Assembly (NCBI GenBank): GCA_025360395.1
Contig: JANYCH010000285.1
Coordinates: 1 to 57,920 of the forward strand
Direction of reading: 5' to 3'
Length of the DNA: 57,920 nucleotides
Source of the DNA: Cytophagales bacterium
Lineage (GTDB): Bacteria; Bacteroidota; Bacteroidia; Cytophagales; UBA9547
Shown here: positions 20,569 to 30,042 of the stretch, in pieces
Layout of the letters: each line of letters opens with the position of its first letter
Position numbering within the stretch: the stretch's first letter is position 1
Notes under the pieces: model-generated
Databases searched by the model: none
Told to the model about the DNA's origin: nothing
The model's input: only the letters and a program-made list of their open reading frames with translations
Made by a program: the position numbers and the translations under genes

Positions 20569-21291
20569 TTACATTTTAAGGATATCTCTTATTACAACTG
20601 AGGCACATGCACCCCCAAATGCAGCTGGTAAATAGGAAATGGTCCCGAAAGCTGATTTTTTGAAATTGCTGCCATCTGTAAACATAAGAGATTCAGGCAC
20701 ATTTATTTCCGGAGAAAATACTGTTTTAATTCCTTTATAAATGTTGAATTTTCGGAGCCTTTTTCTGACATAAAAAGCCAGTTTATCATTATAGGTTTCA
20801 GAAATATCGGCAACTTTTATCATGGTTGGGTCAAGTTTGCCTCCTGCACCCATAGAACTAACTATTTTTTGATTGTTAAAATAAGCTAGTGACAGTAACT
20901 TAAGTTTAGGGGTCAAACTGTCTATAGCATCTATTACGTAATCGTATTTGATTTTTAAAAGGTCCTCCATTCTTTCAGGCTGCATAAAGTCCTTTACTAC
21001 AACAAGTTTTAGTTCAGGATTAATCTGAAGAAGCCTTTCTTGCATCACATCTGCCTTTAATAGGCCGTGGGTATTCACAAGGGCCGGCAATTGCCTGTTT
21101 CGATTGCTGGGGTCAACTATATCTCCATCTACCACTGTCATTTGCCCGATTCCGGCACGGGCTATAAATTCTGCTGCAAAAGAGCCAACCCCACCTAAAC
21201 CAACCACCAAAACATGGGCATTTACTAAATCTGATAACCGGCTATCGCCTACAAGAAGTTTGGTTCTGGAAAGCCAGGATAAATCAGTCAT
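20569..21291 (-). CDS. tcdA: tRNA threonylcarbamoyladenosine dehydratase (ThiF/HesA-family E1-like)
   Basis: Rossmann motif VVGLGGVGSFAAEFIARAGIG and the 240-aa TcdA/CsdL-type architecture. Confidence 0.7.
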   Translation of the reverse strand: MTDLSWLSRTKLLVGDSRLSDLVNAHVLVVGLGGVGSFAAEFIARAGIGQMTVVDGDIVDPSNRNRQLPALVNTHGLLKADVMQERLLQINPELKLVVVKDFMQPERMEDLLKIKYDYVIDAIDSLTPKLKLLSLAYFNNQKIVSSMGAGGKLDPTMIKVADISETYNDKLAFYVRKRLRKFNIYKGIKTVFSPEINVPESLMFTDGSNFKKSAFGTISYLPAAFGGACASVVIRDILKM

Positions 21292-21953
21292 AGTTTAAAA
21301 AGCATTCTGAAATTATGCTGCAAATTGTCTACTAATTGCTTCAAAGGCAACTTTAATCTTGATGATGCTGCTTCATAGACTTGTTCAATTGTCACATCTG
21401 CACTGTCAGTTTCAAGGAATAACCTTCCAGGAGGAATTCTATTAATGATTTTAGAGGCATTGGATTCCGCATGGAGCAATGGCTTTCCCAATGAAAAATA
21501 GAAGCTACTATCCATTAACCGTAAAGCAATGGTTTCATTTTGGTTAAATCCGTGCACTAACCATGAAACTGTAGAGGTTAATTTCTTTTTGATTTCCAAT
21601 AAATCATTATGTGCTTTTACACAGTGAATGATAAGTGGTTTTTGTAATGTCTCAGCTAAAAATATTTGATATTTAAATATATCTATTTGAATTTCAATTG
21701 AAGGGCCTTTTAATCTGTCTAGCCCGCATTCTCCTATGGCTATGCAATTTTTATGTTTTGAAACAAGGTCAAGTTCAGCATAATGTCTATCAATATCCTG
21801 AACAAACCACGGATGAATTCCTGCTGTAAAGTATCCTTCTTCAGGTATTTGATCCCTTCCAATTATTAAATTGAATACCGAACCTGGTTTTAGGTCGTGT
21901 GTATGGAAATCCAGCATTTGCTCAAACTCGATTGAAATATAACCTTTTGCCAC
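21288..21953 (-). CDS. TatD-family metal-dependent hydrolase
   Basis: DFHTH.. at the N-terminus, ..IGECGLD.., ..HCV.A.. and ..ETD.. motifs. Overlaps tcdA by 4 nt. Confidence 0.7.
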   Translation of the reverse strand: MAKGYISIEFEQMLDFHTHDLKPGSVFNLIIGRDQIPEEGYFTAGIHPWFVQDIDRHYAELDLVSKHKNCIAIGECGLDRLKGPSIEIQIDIFKYQIFLAETLQKPLIIHCVKAHNDLLEIKKKLTSTVSWLVHGFNQNETIALRLMDSSFYFSLGKPLLHAESNASKIINRIPPGRLFLETDSADVTIEQVYEAASSRLKLPLKQLVDNLQHNFRMLFKL

Positions 21954-21971
21954 TTTATATTCCAGACAACT

Positions 21972-21979
21972 TATCTTTG
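21972..21979 (+). promoter_or_regulatory. Candidate -7 box TATCTTTG
   Basis: Matches TAnnTTTG and ends 6 nt before ATG 21985, implying a very short or absent leader. Confidence 0.3.
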
Positions 21980-21984
21980 TGTCT

Positions 21985-23226
21985 ATGAAGTTCGATAAAT
22001 ATCCTTTTGCCCCTGAAATAAAGCAGAGTGTGGAAGAAGCTGGTTTTGTGAAACCTACTGATATTCAATATAAAGCAATTCCAGCCATTTTAAGGAAGGA
22101 AGATGTTTTAGCCATAGCACAAACAGGGACCGGAAAAACAGCCGCTTTTGCATTGCCCATTGTACAAATGCTTTTCAGCCAGCTTAAATACTCTGAATAT
22201 ATTGATCTGAAATGCCTGGTGATGGTGCCGACCCATGAACTGGCCTTACAAATCGCAGAAGTTTTCAGGCAATTCGCTAAACATACACCTTTAAAAGTCA
22301 TCTGTATTTTTGGAGGTGTGGACCAGGATCCGCAGATAGCAAATCTGAAAAAGGGCGCAGATATATTAATAGCAACTCCAGGCAGGATGTTTGACCTTAT
22401 CAGCCAGGGGCATTTGAATCTGGACCGGCTGGAGGTGTTGGTACTAGATGAAGCTGATCACATGCTTGCATTAGGCTTCATTCGGGATATTAGGGATGTA
22501 ATCAAACACATCCCAAGAAAACATCAGACATTGTTTTTTTCCGCCACAATCAACATGGAAATTAAGGACCTGGCCTATTCTTTGGTTAAAAATCCTTTGA
22601 GAATCCAGGTGTCACCTAAAGATCCTGTTTCAAAAAATATAGATCATTCGGTTGCATTCATTAAAATGGATGACAAACGTTTTTTTCTTGAAAGGTTGAT
22701 CAAGGAGCATCCGGAAAGCAAGATCCTGGTGTTTGTTAGAACTAAAGTTCGGGTCGAAAGGGTATTTAGTGCTATGGAACGTGTTGGGATAGTTACACTT
22801 ACCATGCATGGCGACAAAGAACAACAAGAAAGAATTGACACCATGAACAGGTTTCGTTCCGGAGAAGTGAAAGTTTTGATTGCTACTGATATTTCCGCAA
22901 GGGGCATAGATATCCCCAATGTAGAATATGTTTTCAATTATGATTTGCCTGATGTTGCTGAAAATTATGTTCACCGGGTGGGACGGACTGGAAGGGGTGT
23001 AAACAAAGGAACTGCAGTTTCTTTTTGCAGCCCTGAAGAACAAACAATGCTTACCGAAATCCAGGAGTTTTTGGGTAAAGAAATTAAAGTGATTAATCTA
23101 AGCTCGGAAGATTACGTAGAAATCAAAGGTCAATCTGAAGAAAAAAACAGCGACTGGAAATCCCTAATGAAAGAAGCTGAAACCTGGATGAATGAAAAAG
23201 CTAAAAAGAAGAAGAAAAAGAAATAA
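21985..23226 (+). CDS. DEAD-box ATP-dependent RNA helicase (RhlE-like) with a Lys-rich tail
   Basis: Q-motif region, AQTGTGKT, DEAD (LDEADHM), SAT and HRVGRTGR motifs, and a C-terminal KKKKKKK. Confidence 0.85.
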   Translation: MKFDKYPFAPEIKQSVEEAGFVKPTDIQYKAIPAILRKEDVLAIAQTGTGKTAAFALPIVQMLFSQLKYSEYIDLKCLVMVPTHELALQIAEVFRQFAKHTPLKVICIFGGVDQDPQIANLKKGADILIATPGRMFDLISQGHLNLDRLEVLVLDEADHMLALGFIRDIRDVIKHIPRKHQTLFFSATINMEIKDLAYSLVKNPLRIQVSPKDPVSKNIDHSVAFIKMDDKRFFLERLIKEHPESKILVFVRTKVRVERVFSAMERVGIVTLTMHGDKEQQERIDTMNRFRSGEVKVLIATDISARGIDIPNVEYVFNYDLPDVAENYVHRVGRTGRGVNKGTAVSFCSPEEQTMLTEIQEFLGKEIKVINLSSEDYVEIKGQSEEKNSDWKSLMKEAETWMNEKAKKKKKKK

Positions 23227-23228
23227 GA

Positions 23229-24002
23229 TTACTTCCCTATAAAGACTCCTTTTCTTTTTTCCAAAAAGGCCGTAACTCCTTCCCTGAAATCTTCAGTTCC
23301 AGTACATTTAGAAAAGTTTTTTACTTCTATCGGATAACCTTCCGCTGATCCGGCATTGTTTGCAGCATTGATGACCATCGAAATGGCAACAGGCGGTTTT
23401 TCGATGATTTTGCGCATCAACTCCTTACATTTTAGTAACAAATCCGATAACGAATAAATGTGGTTGGCTAGTCCCATAGAAAAGGCTGTTGCAGCATCAA
23501 TCTTATCAGAGGTAAGCATCAATTCTATAGCCCTTCCTTTTCCAATTAAAGATGTTAATCTTTGTGTTCCCCCATATCCTGGTATAATTCCAAGGTTTAT
23601 TTCCGGTTGAGCAAAAATTGCATTTTCAGATGCTATTCTTATGTGGCAAGCCAAAGCAAGTTCACATCCTCCACCCAAAGCAAAACCATTTACTGCCGCG
23701 ATAACGGGCTTGGGGCAATTTTCTATTTTAAAGAACAAGTCCTGGCCTTTTTGTGAAAGCTCTCGGCCAATTTCCCCGTTCATTTGAAGAAATTCGGAAA
23801 TATCAGCTCCTGCAACAAATGCTTTTTCGCCTTCGCCAGTTATTATTACCCCTTTTATTTCACTGTTGCTATAAATCCAGTCGAAACATGAATTCAATTC
23901 ATCCATTGTTTGCTGGTTTAATGCATTCAATTTCTCAGGTCTTGAAATAGTGAGGGTAAGTATCCCTTCAGAAATATGAGTTTTAAGGTTGCTAAATTCC
24001 AT
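23229..24002 (-). CDS. Enoyl-CoA hydratase/isomerase (crotonase) family protein
   Basis: 257 aa with ..FVAGADI.. and ..AAVNGFALGGGCELALACH.. motifs. Confidence 0.8.
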   Translation of the reverse strand: MEFSNLKTHISEGILTLTISRPEKLNALNQQTMDELNSCFDWIYSNSEIKGVIITGEGEKAFVAGADISEFLQMNGEIGRELSQKGQDLFFKIENCPKPVIAAVNGFALGGGCELALACHIRIASENAIFAQPEINLGIIPGYGGTQRLTSLIGKGRAIELMLTSDKIDAATAFSMGLANHIYSLSDLLLKCKELMRKIIEKPPVAISMVINAANNAGSAEGYPIEVKNFSKCTGTEDFREGVTAFLEKRKGVFIGK

Positions 24003-24046
24003 AATATAATGTCATCCCTCTTGGGAGGATTTAGGTTGAGTTTTGG

Positions 24047-24448
24047 TTAAATAAGGTGTTCTATACCAATCCAGTTTTCTGGATCGTATTGATCATGGGC
24101 CTTTTCAACTTCAATTATTTTCAGGGCTATGTCCTTAAATTCTTTTACTTCCGGCGATGCCTTAATGGCTTCTATCAGGTTCATACGCAATTCGCTATAC
24201 TTTGCTTCGAGTTTTTTAAACAGAGCATTCATTTCTACCTCCTGGTATAACTTTCTGACCTCTTCAGTTGCCCAGGAATCCTGGTAATCATCAAGTTGCT
24301 TTTCCAGTTCTTCAACTTTCAGTTTGAACTCAGGATCCAGCTGGTAAGCCATGCTAGCTTTGCCGGCCTTGATCAGGTCCATGGTTTTTATCTGAAGTTC
24401 TTCATTAGAAAGTTTATCCAGTTCGTCTGGGTCGATTGGTTTATACAT
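24047..24448 (-). CDS. Hypothetical helical/acidic protein
   Basis: 133-aa ORF with no recognised motif. It has its own candidate -7 box. Confidence 0.45.
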   Translation of the reverse strand: MYKPIDPDELDKLSNEELQIKTMDLIKAGKASMAYQLDPEFKLKVEELEKQLDDYQDSWATEEVRKLYQEVEMNALFKKLEAKYSELRMNLIEAIKASPEVKEFKDIALKIIEVEKAHDQYDPENWIGIEHLI

Positions 24449-24465
24449 GGTTTTGTTTTGAGAAT

Positions 24466-24473
24466 CAAAGATA
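24466..24473 (-). promoter_or_regulatory. Candidate -7 box (TATCTTTG on the minus strand)
   Basis: Plus-strand caaagata, 18 nt upstream of ATG 24448. Confidence 0.35.
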
Positions 24474-24511
24474 ATAAATGTTTAAAACCTTCATAATTAA
24501 ACTAATACAAA

Positions 24512-24540
24512 GAAAATATCGTGGCACGTTTTTATATTAT
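24512..24540 (+). promoter_or_regulatory. Palindromic box site A: gaaaataTCGTGGCACGtttttatattat
   Basis: CGTG-G-CACG is a perfect 9-bp palindrome (24520-24528), centred 60 nt upstream of ATG 24584. A near-identical site occurs at 40632-40660. Confidence 0.4.
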
Positions 24541-24583
24541 CAAATATGGAAAGGATTTTATATAACAATTAAATTATAAAGTT

Positions 24584-24871
24584 ATGAAAACGTTAAAAAT
24601 TATATCAGCATTACTTATAATGGGATCTTTGGCCATTGCTAAACCTAATCCTAATGCAAAAAAACATGAGAAAAATGTAAAGGTTGAAGTAACCCAACCC
24701 TTAGAAAAAACGAAAGTCTCTACAAGGTCAGCCAAAAATCATGAAAGGTCCGAAGCTATGAAAGAAGCGAAAGTTGCAAAAAAGAAATCTAAATATAATA
24801 ACATGAGATATAGGCATGAAGCCAAAGAAAGAAGGAACTTTAACGAAAAAAGAACAGCTAGTAAAGTTTAA
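24584..24871 (+). CDS. Small, highly basic secreted protein
   Basis: Signal peptide MKTLKIISALLIMGSLAIA, then a Lys/Arg/Glu-rich low-complexity sequence. Confidence 0.45.
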   Translation: MKTLKIISALLIMGSLAIAKPNPNAKKHEKNVKVEVTQPLEKTKVSTRSAKNHERSEAMKEAKVAKKKSKYNNMRYRHEAKERRNFNEKRTASKV

Positions 24872-24879
24872 GATCGTTT

Positions 24880-25416
24880 ATGGATAGTAAAAAAATAATC
24901 TCCGGTAATACTGAAACGGAAATATGGGATCAGATTGAGAATGACCTTCGATCTGATCCTTCTTTATTGCAATACCAGGCAGAAATAAATCAATCAGGAA
25001 ATACAATTTACCTGGATATTGATGTAGATCTTGGAGGTGGATTCGAAGGCGGTTATGAACTGACAAGTTTTGTGGCTCCTTTGGTTTTGAACACCAATTT
25101 TCGCTTTGCGTTACACCACGAAGAATTTCTGGATGAAATCGGCAAGTTTTTCTGGATGGAAGATCTGATTACGGGTTTTCCTGAATTTGATACTAAAGTT
25201 GTTGTAAAAACAAATAATATAAATAAACTACAAGAAATTTTTTTAGAAGCTGATCTGAGGTCTGCAATTCAATCGCTGGATGTTTTCCGGTTTTATATTG
25301 AAGAGGAAAACAACAAATTAAAACTTGTACTTGAAATTGAGGAAGCTATTACGGACCACATCCGTTTAAAAGCGATTTACAAAGCCTTTCATACTGTGCT
25401 TGCAAAAATTACATAG
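24880..25416 (+). CDS. Hypothetical protein
   Basis: 178-aa ORF starting 8 nt after the previous stop. No motif recognised. Confidence 0.5.
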   Translation: MDSKKIISGNTETEIWDQIENDLRSDPSLLQYQAEINQSGNTIYLDIDVDLGGGFEGGYELTSFVAPLVLNTNFRFALHHEEFLDEIGKFFWMEDLITGFPEFDTKVVVKTNNINKLQEIFLEADLRSAIQSLDVFRFYIEEENNKLKLVLEIEEAITDHIRLKAIYKAFHTVLAKIT

Positions 25417-25424
25417 CCATTTTA

Positions 25425-26357
25425 CTATTCAGATAGGCTGACAGGATCAATGATTTTCTCGATATAAGAATTTGAGTATTTGTCGGGTATAATAGGCTTG
25501 TTTATTTTGATTCCATAGGCATAAGTGAAAGCAGCCCCGAAATACACGATAAACGAAGAATAAAATATAAAAAGCAATATGATGGCAAAAGAGGCTGAAG
25601 CTCCGAATATGTTTGCAATATTGCTATGGATTAATAATTTGTGAAGTAAAAATTTCCCAAACATGAACAGAATTCCTGTTAGCACGCCACCCCCAAAGGC
25701 AACCTCCCATTTTACCTTTGCATCAGGTAAATATTTGAAAAGGATGGTCATCCAGGAAATCATGAAAATGCTTGAAAGCCCGATATTTAATCCTCGAAGG
25801 TAAAAACTGCTAAAAGATGGGATTAAGTCTTGTACGAATGCATAAACCAGGATTACCATAGCATCAAGTAATTGAGAAGCTAAAAACAGGATTCCCAAAA
25901 TAAATATCATCATCAAAGCCCTTGCACGGTCTATAAAATCTACTTTCCAGTTATTTTTGGTTTTGATCGTAATGTGCCAGAGTAGGTGGATAGACTGCTG
26001 GATAACCATAAGTAAAGTCGTAGCTACAAAAGCAAAGAACACGAAGCCCACTATTGTAATGGTGGTGTTACTTTCTAGAGTTTGAAAGTTTTTTACAATT
26101 GATTCTATTTGTTCCGCAGGCTTTTCGCCTAAAGTAGTTTTAATATAAAAAAACAATTTCCTGCTGACATTCTCACTCTTAAAATAGAAGCTAAAAATGT
26201 TGACAAGAATAAGGATAATGGGAGGCAATGAAAAAGTAGTAAAAAATGCTGTTGATGATGCCAGTATTAATGGATTCCCTCCCTTTAATATTTTAAAAGC
26301 ATCCCTTAAAGTAGCCGGGAACAGGTTAACAAAGTATAACATTTTTCCCTCGGACAT
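25425..26357 (-). CDS. YihY/BrkB-family membrane protein
   Basis: Six hydrophobic helices with the ..LRDAFKILKGGNPLILASSTAFFTTFSLPP.. signature. Confidence 0.75.
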   Translation of the reverse strand: MSEGKMLYFVNLFPATLRDAFKILKGGNPLILASSTAFFTTFSLPPIILILVNIFSFYFKSENVSRKLFFYIKTTLGEKPAEQIESIVKNFQTLESNTTITIVGFVFFAFVATTLLMVIQQSIHLLWHITIKTKNNWKVDFIDRARALMMIFILGILFLASQLLDAMVILVYAFVQDLIPSFSSFYLRGLNIGLSSIFMISWMTILFKYLPDAKVKWEVAFGGGVLTGILFMFGKFLLHKLLIHSNIANIFGASASFAIILLFIFYSSFIVYFGAAFTYAYGIKINKPIIPDKYSNSYIEKIIDPVSLSE

Positions 26358-26496
26358 TATTCTATATTGGTAAAGTTAGTAATGGCTCCATATATAATAG
26401 TACTCTCATTTAAAATTCCTTACAATATTTAGTTTTTCTTAACTAAATGGGAATGTCAATTGTTATTCCTATTATTAAATACTGATTTTAGATTAT

Positions 26497-27504
26497 ATGA
26501 TTATTCAAACAGATATTTGCATTATAGGTGCCGGGCCAGTGGGGTTATTTGCAGTATTTGAAGCAGGGCTTTTAAAAATGAGATGTCACCTTGTAGACGC
26601 ATTGCCTCAGATTGGTGGTCAGCTTTCAGAGATATATCCGAAAAAACCAATTTATGATATTCCTGGGTTCCCTGAAATACTTGCACATGAACTGGTTGAA
26701 AACCTGAGAAAACAAATAGAACCTTTTACACCCAGTTTTACCCTTGGAGAAAGGGTAGAAACCCTTGAGCGATTGGAGGGTAACAGTTTCCGTCTTACCA
26801 CTTCTGATAAAACAGAAATAAATGCCAAAGTTGTGGTAATTGCCGGTGGACTTGGATGTTTTGAGCCAAGAAAACCTGAAATCCAAAATCTTGAAATGTT
26901 CGAAGGAAAAGGAGTTAATTATATAGTAAAAGATCCTGAATTATTTCGTGATAAGAGGATTATGATTGCAGGAGGAGGCGATTCTGCCCTCGACTGGACT
27001 ATTTATCTTTCCAATATTGCCAAAGAAATAACCCTTGTACATAGAAACGAATCTTTCAGGGGTGCACCCGACTCGGCAGAAAAAGTTGTGGAATTGGCAA
27101 AGGAAGGTAGAATTAACCTGCTATTAAGTACGAATCTGGATTCTCTGAAAGGTAATGGTGTTTTAGCCTCTGTGTCAGTAACTGATAAGAACAAAACTGT
27201 ACATGAAATTGAAGTTGACAACCTTATTCCCTTATTTGGTTTAAGTCCTAAGTTGGGCCCACTTGCAGACTGGGGATTAAATATTGACAAATCTGCTATT
27301 GAAGTAAATACCAAAGATTATAGCACTAATATTCCGGGAGTGTATGCAATTGGGGATATTAACACATACGAAGGAAAATTAAAACTTATTTTGTGTGGGT
27401 TCCACGAAGGAGCTATCATGATGCAAAGTGCTTTCAGACATGTATATCCTGAACAAAAGCTGAGTTTTAAATACACTACAGTGAATGGCGTAAATGCTTT
27501 TTAA
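26497..27504 (+). CDS. Thioredoxin-reductase-type ferredoxin--NADP+ reductase
   Basis: FAD motif IIGAGPVGLFA, NADPH motif IAGGGDSALDW, and the YumC/Chlorobium-type FNR length and C-terminus. Confidence 0.8.
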   Translation: MIIQTDICIIGAGPVGLFAVFEAGLLKMRCHLVDALPQIGGQLSEIYPKKPIYDIPGFPEILAHELVENLRKQIEPFTPSFTLGERVETLERLEGNSFRLTTSDKTEINAKVVVIAGGLGCFEPRKPEIQNLEMFEGKGVNYIVKDPELFRDKRIMIAGGGDSALDWTIYLSNIAKEITLVHRNESFRGAPDSAEKVVELAKEGRINLLLSTNLDSLKGNGVLASVSVTDKNKTVHEIEVDNLIPLFGLSPKLGPLADWGLNIDKSAIEVNTKDYSTNIPGVYAIGDINTYEGKLKLILCGFHEGAIMMQSAFRHVYPEQKLSFKYTTVNGVNAF

Positions 27505-27505
27505 C

Positions 27506-27820
27506 ATGATAAATTTTGAAGTTGAAAATAGTGCTGGTAACCAAGAATTGATTGAAGTTCCGGAAGGCATTGATCTTAGTTTGATGGAAGTGCTGAAAGG
27601 ATCCGGCTATCCTATACTAGCTACTTGTGGGGGAATGGCATTGTGCGCTACCTGCCGGATTGAAGTAATTTCAGGAGAAGAGAATTTGCCCGAACCTCAG
27701 GATAACGAGTTGGATATGCTTGATACGCTTCCAGATGCGGGCCCACAAACCCGGCTTTCATGCCAAATAAAGATTGGGGAAAATTTAAATGGGTTGAGAT
27801 TTAAATTTTTGGCAGAGTAA
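27506..27820 (+). CDS. Adrenodoxin-type [2Fe-2S] ferredoxin
   Basis: Cys ligand pattern C-x5-C-x2-C...C (ATCGGMALCATCRI...LSCQI). ATG 27506 lies 1 nt after the FNR stop; ATG 27494 is the overlapping alternative. Confidence 0.8.
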   Translation: MINFEVENSAGNQELIEVPEGIDLSLMEVLKGSGYPILATCGGMALCATCRIEVISGEENLPEPQDNELDMLDTLPDAGPQTRLSCQIKIGENLNGLRFKFLAE

Positions 27821-27863
27821 CTGCAACTGGGTAGTATTGGCTTTATGGCTGGCCATTGACAAA

Positions 27864-28631
27864 TCATTCTAAAAAACTGGTTAAAGGACTGCTCGCTTCT
27901 GCAAACCTACCCTGACGGGCAAGTTTGGCAAGAAATGCTATTCTTCCTGCTTCAACTGCCATTTTAAATGCTTGGGCCATTTGTATTGGGTTTTTAGAAA
28001 CAGCAATGGCCGTATTTACCAATACTGCATCAGCGCCAATTTCCATTGCTTTTGCTGCATCAGAAGGTGCTCCAATTCCTGCATCTATTATAACCGGAAC
28101 CTTGCTTTGATCTATTATAATTTCCAGGAAATCTATTGTTCTTAAACCTTTGTTGCTTCCAATCGGAGAACCTAATGGCATGACAGCTGAAGTGCCTGCT
28201 TCTTCCAGCCTTTTACAAAGTACAGGATCAGCATGAATATATGGTAAAACAATGAAACCAAGTTTAGACAATTCTTCACATGCTTTCAAAGTTTCAATCG
28301 GATCGGGCATTAAATATTTTGGGTCTGGATGGATTTCCAGTTTTAACCAGTTGGTTTCCAATGCTTCTCTGGCAAGTTGAGCTGCAAAAACAGCTTCTTT
28401 AGCCGTTCTTACACCTGAAGTATTGGGTAAAAGGTTGAATTGAGGATGTCTTAAATGAATTAAAATATCATCTTGTTTATTGCCAACATCCACTCTTTTC
28501 AAAGCAACAGTAACTAATTCAGTCCCTGAGGCTAAAAGCGATTTTTCCATTAATTCAGAAGAACTGAATTTACCTGTCCCGGTAAAAAGACGGGAATTAA
28601 ATGGTTTGCCTGCTATAATAAGTTGGTCCAT
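27864..28631 (-). CDS. thiG: Thiazole synthase
   Basis: ..[12 protein letters not shown].. and a full-length ThiG TIM-barrel sequence. Confidence 0.9.
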   Translation of the reverse strand: MDQLIIAGKPFNSRLFTGTGKFSSSELMEKSLLASGTELVTVALKRVDVGNKQDDILIHLRHPQFNLLPNTSGVRTAKEAVFAAQLAREALETNWLKLEIHPDPKYLMPDPIETLKACEELSKLGFIVLPYIHADPVLCKRLEEAGTSAVMPLGSPIGSNKGLRTIDFLEIIIDQSKVPVIIDAGIGAPSDAAKAMEIGADAVLVNTAIAVSKNPIQMAQAFKMAVEAGRIAFLAKLARQGRFAEASSPLTSFLE

Positions 28632-28635
28632 ACTA

Positions 28636-29250
28636 CTATATCTTGAAATGGGAATGGATTTCTTTTACTTTTTCATTTTTATCAGGTGCATTGGTGATTG
28701 CGCTAGAAATTGCCACGCCGTAGGCCCCAATTTCTAACAGAGGAGCAACGTCTTGACTATCAATGCCTCCGATAGCAATAATAGGTATGGTTTTATGCAC
28801 ATTTCTGAGTTTGGATATAATAGCTTTTATTCCTTCCAACCCTAAAACCGGGTTTAGGTTAGACTTGGTTTTAGTATGATTAAAAGGCCCTAAACCGACA
28901 TAATCAACTCCGGAGTTGATCATCATAATAATGTCTTCGTAGGAGTTTGTGCTACCGCCTATCATGCAATCAGGGCCTACAATTTGTCTTGCTTGTTTTG
29001 GGTGCATATCGTCTTTTCCTAAATGGATGCCATAAGCCCTAATGGCAAATGCTATTTCAGGAATATCATTCACAACTAATTTTACATTGTATTTATCTGT
29101 AATTTCTTTGGCTTTTATTGCCAGTTCCATGTACTCGTTTGCAGAAATATGTTTTGCACGTAGCTGAACAAGTTCGCATCCGGCAGCACAGGCAATTTCA
29201 ATGTTTTCCAAATGCGGTGCCTGAGAAATATAATGTAATCTTGGAATCAT
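28636..29250 (-). CDS. thiE: Thiamine-phosphate synthase
   Basis: 204 aa, ThiE-like (..YISQ.., ..VQLRAK.., ..IAIGGI..). Confidence 0.8.
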   Translation of the reverse strand: MIPRLHYISQAPHLENIEIACAAGCELVQLRAKHISANEYMELAIKAKEITDKYNVKLVVNDIPEIAFAIRAYGIHLGKDDMHPKQARQIVGPDCMIGGSTNSYEDIIMMINSGVDYVGLGPFNHTKTKSNLNPVLGLEGIKAIISKLRNVHKTIPIIAIGGIDSQDVAPLLEIGAYGVAISSAITNAPDKNEKVKEIHSHFKI

Positions 29251-29269
29251 GCCTGATTTTATTATTGCT

Positions 29270-30034
29270 TTAAAAGTGATGGTAACCCAGCATTGTTGGG
29301 TTGCTTGTTAGATACCTTGTTACATATTCCTTTGCTAGCAGGGAAGCCTTTTTTATTGGAAAGCCCCTTGCCAGGAAAGCTGTTAAAGCTGATGCAAAGA
29401 CACAACCTGACCCATGTTTGGCTTTCACATCATTTATTTTTGGCCTTAAAGAAAAGTTGTGGGTTGTGGGTTGCGAGTTGTGAGTGAAGACATAGTCATG
29501 CCCTGGCTTACCGGGATTATGTCCTCCTTTTAGGTACACATTTGATAATTTAGAAAGTACTAAGCCTGCCGTTAAGCCATCTTTCTCATCCGCTAGCCAT
29601 GTTGCTTCTAACCAGTTTGGTGTCACCAGAAAAATATCCTTCAGGCATTTCTTCCAGTCGTTAGTTTCTGATGATGTATGGAAATTCATTCCTGCACTTG
29701 CTTTTGTGACCGGGTCCCAAATTATTTTGATTTTGGGATTATAGTTTTTAAGAAATTCTATTATTTCAGATAAAGTTGAAGCATTTTCTAAGAGGCCAAT
29801 TTTAGCATACTCTATTTGGGATTTCCTAAAAAGTATTTCTGTCTGACTTTTGATTTTTTCTACCGAAAGCCATTCAACCTTTTCGAACTCACTTTCATTT
29901 TGCCAGGTCAAGGCAGAAACCACTCCTAAACCATATACTTTGTTTTGCTCAAATGTTTTAATGTCAGCTAATAATCCTGCACCTCCTGATGGATCAAATC
30001 CTGCTATACTTAAAACTACCGGACGGGATTTCAA
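29270..30034 (-). CDS. thiD: Hydroxymethylpyrimidine / phosphomethylpyrimidine kinase
   Basis: ..VLSIAGFDPSGGAGLLADIKTF.. and a C-terminal ..HGSGCVFASA.. . Only a TTG start (30034) preserves the conserved N-terminus. Confidence 0.85.
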   Translation of the reverse strand: MKSRPVVLSIAGFDPSGGAGLLADIKTFEQNKVYGLGVVSALTWQNESEFEKVEWLSVEKIKSQTEILFRKSQIEYAKIGLLENASTLSEIIEFLKNYNPKIKIIWDPVTKASAGMNFHTSSETNDWKKCLKDIFLVTPNWLEATWLADEKDGLTAGLVLSKLSNVYLKGGHNPGKPGHDYVFTHNSQPTTHNFSLRPKINDVKAKHGSGCVFASALTAFLARGFPIKKASLLAKEYVTRYLTSNPTMLGYHHF

Positions 30035-30042
30035 TTGATGAT

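Noticed and set aside
24520-24535. Sigma-54 (RpoN) promoter reading of the TGGCACG in the shared box (also at 40642-40657)
   Set aside because: The conserved GC of the -12 element (TGGCACG-N4-TTGCW) is missing at the required spacing in both copies; TATAT and TTTAT are there instead. I kept it as an unclassified regulatory box.
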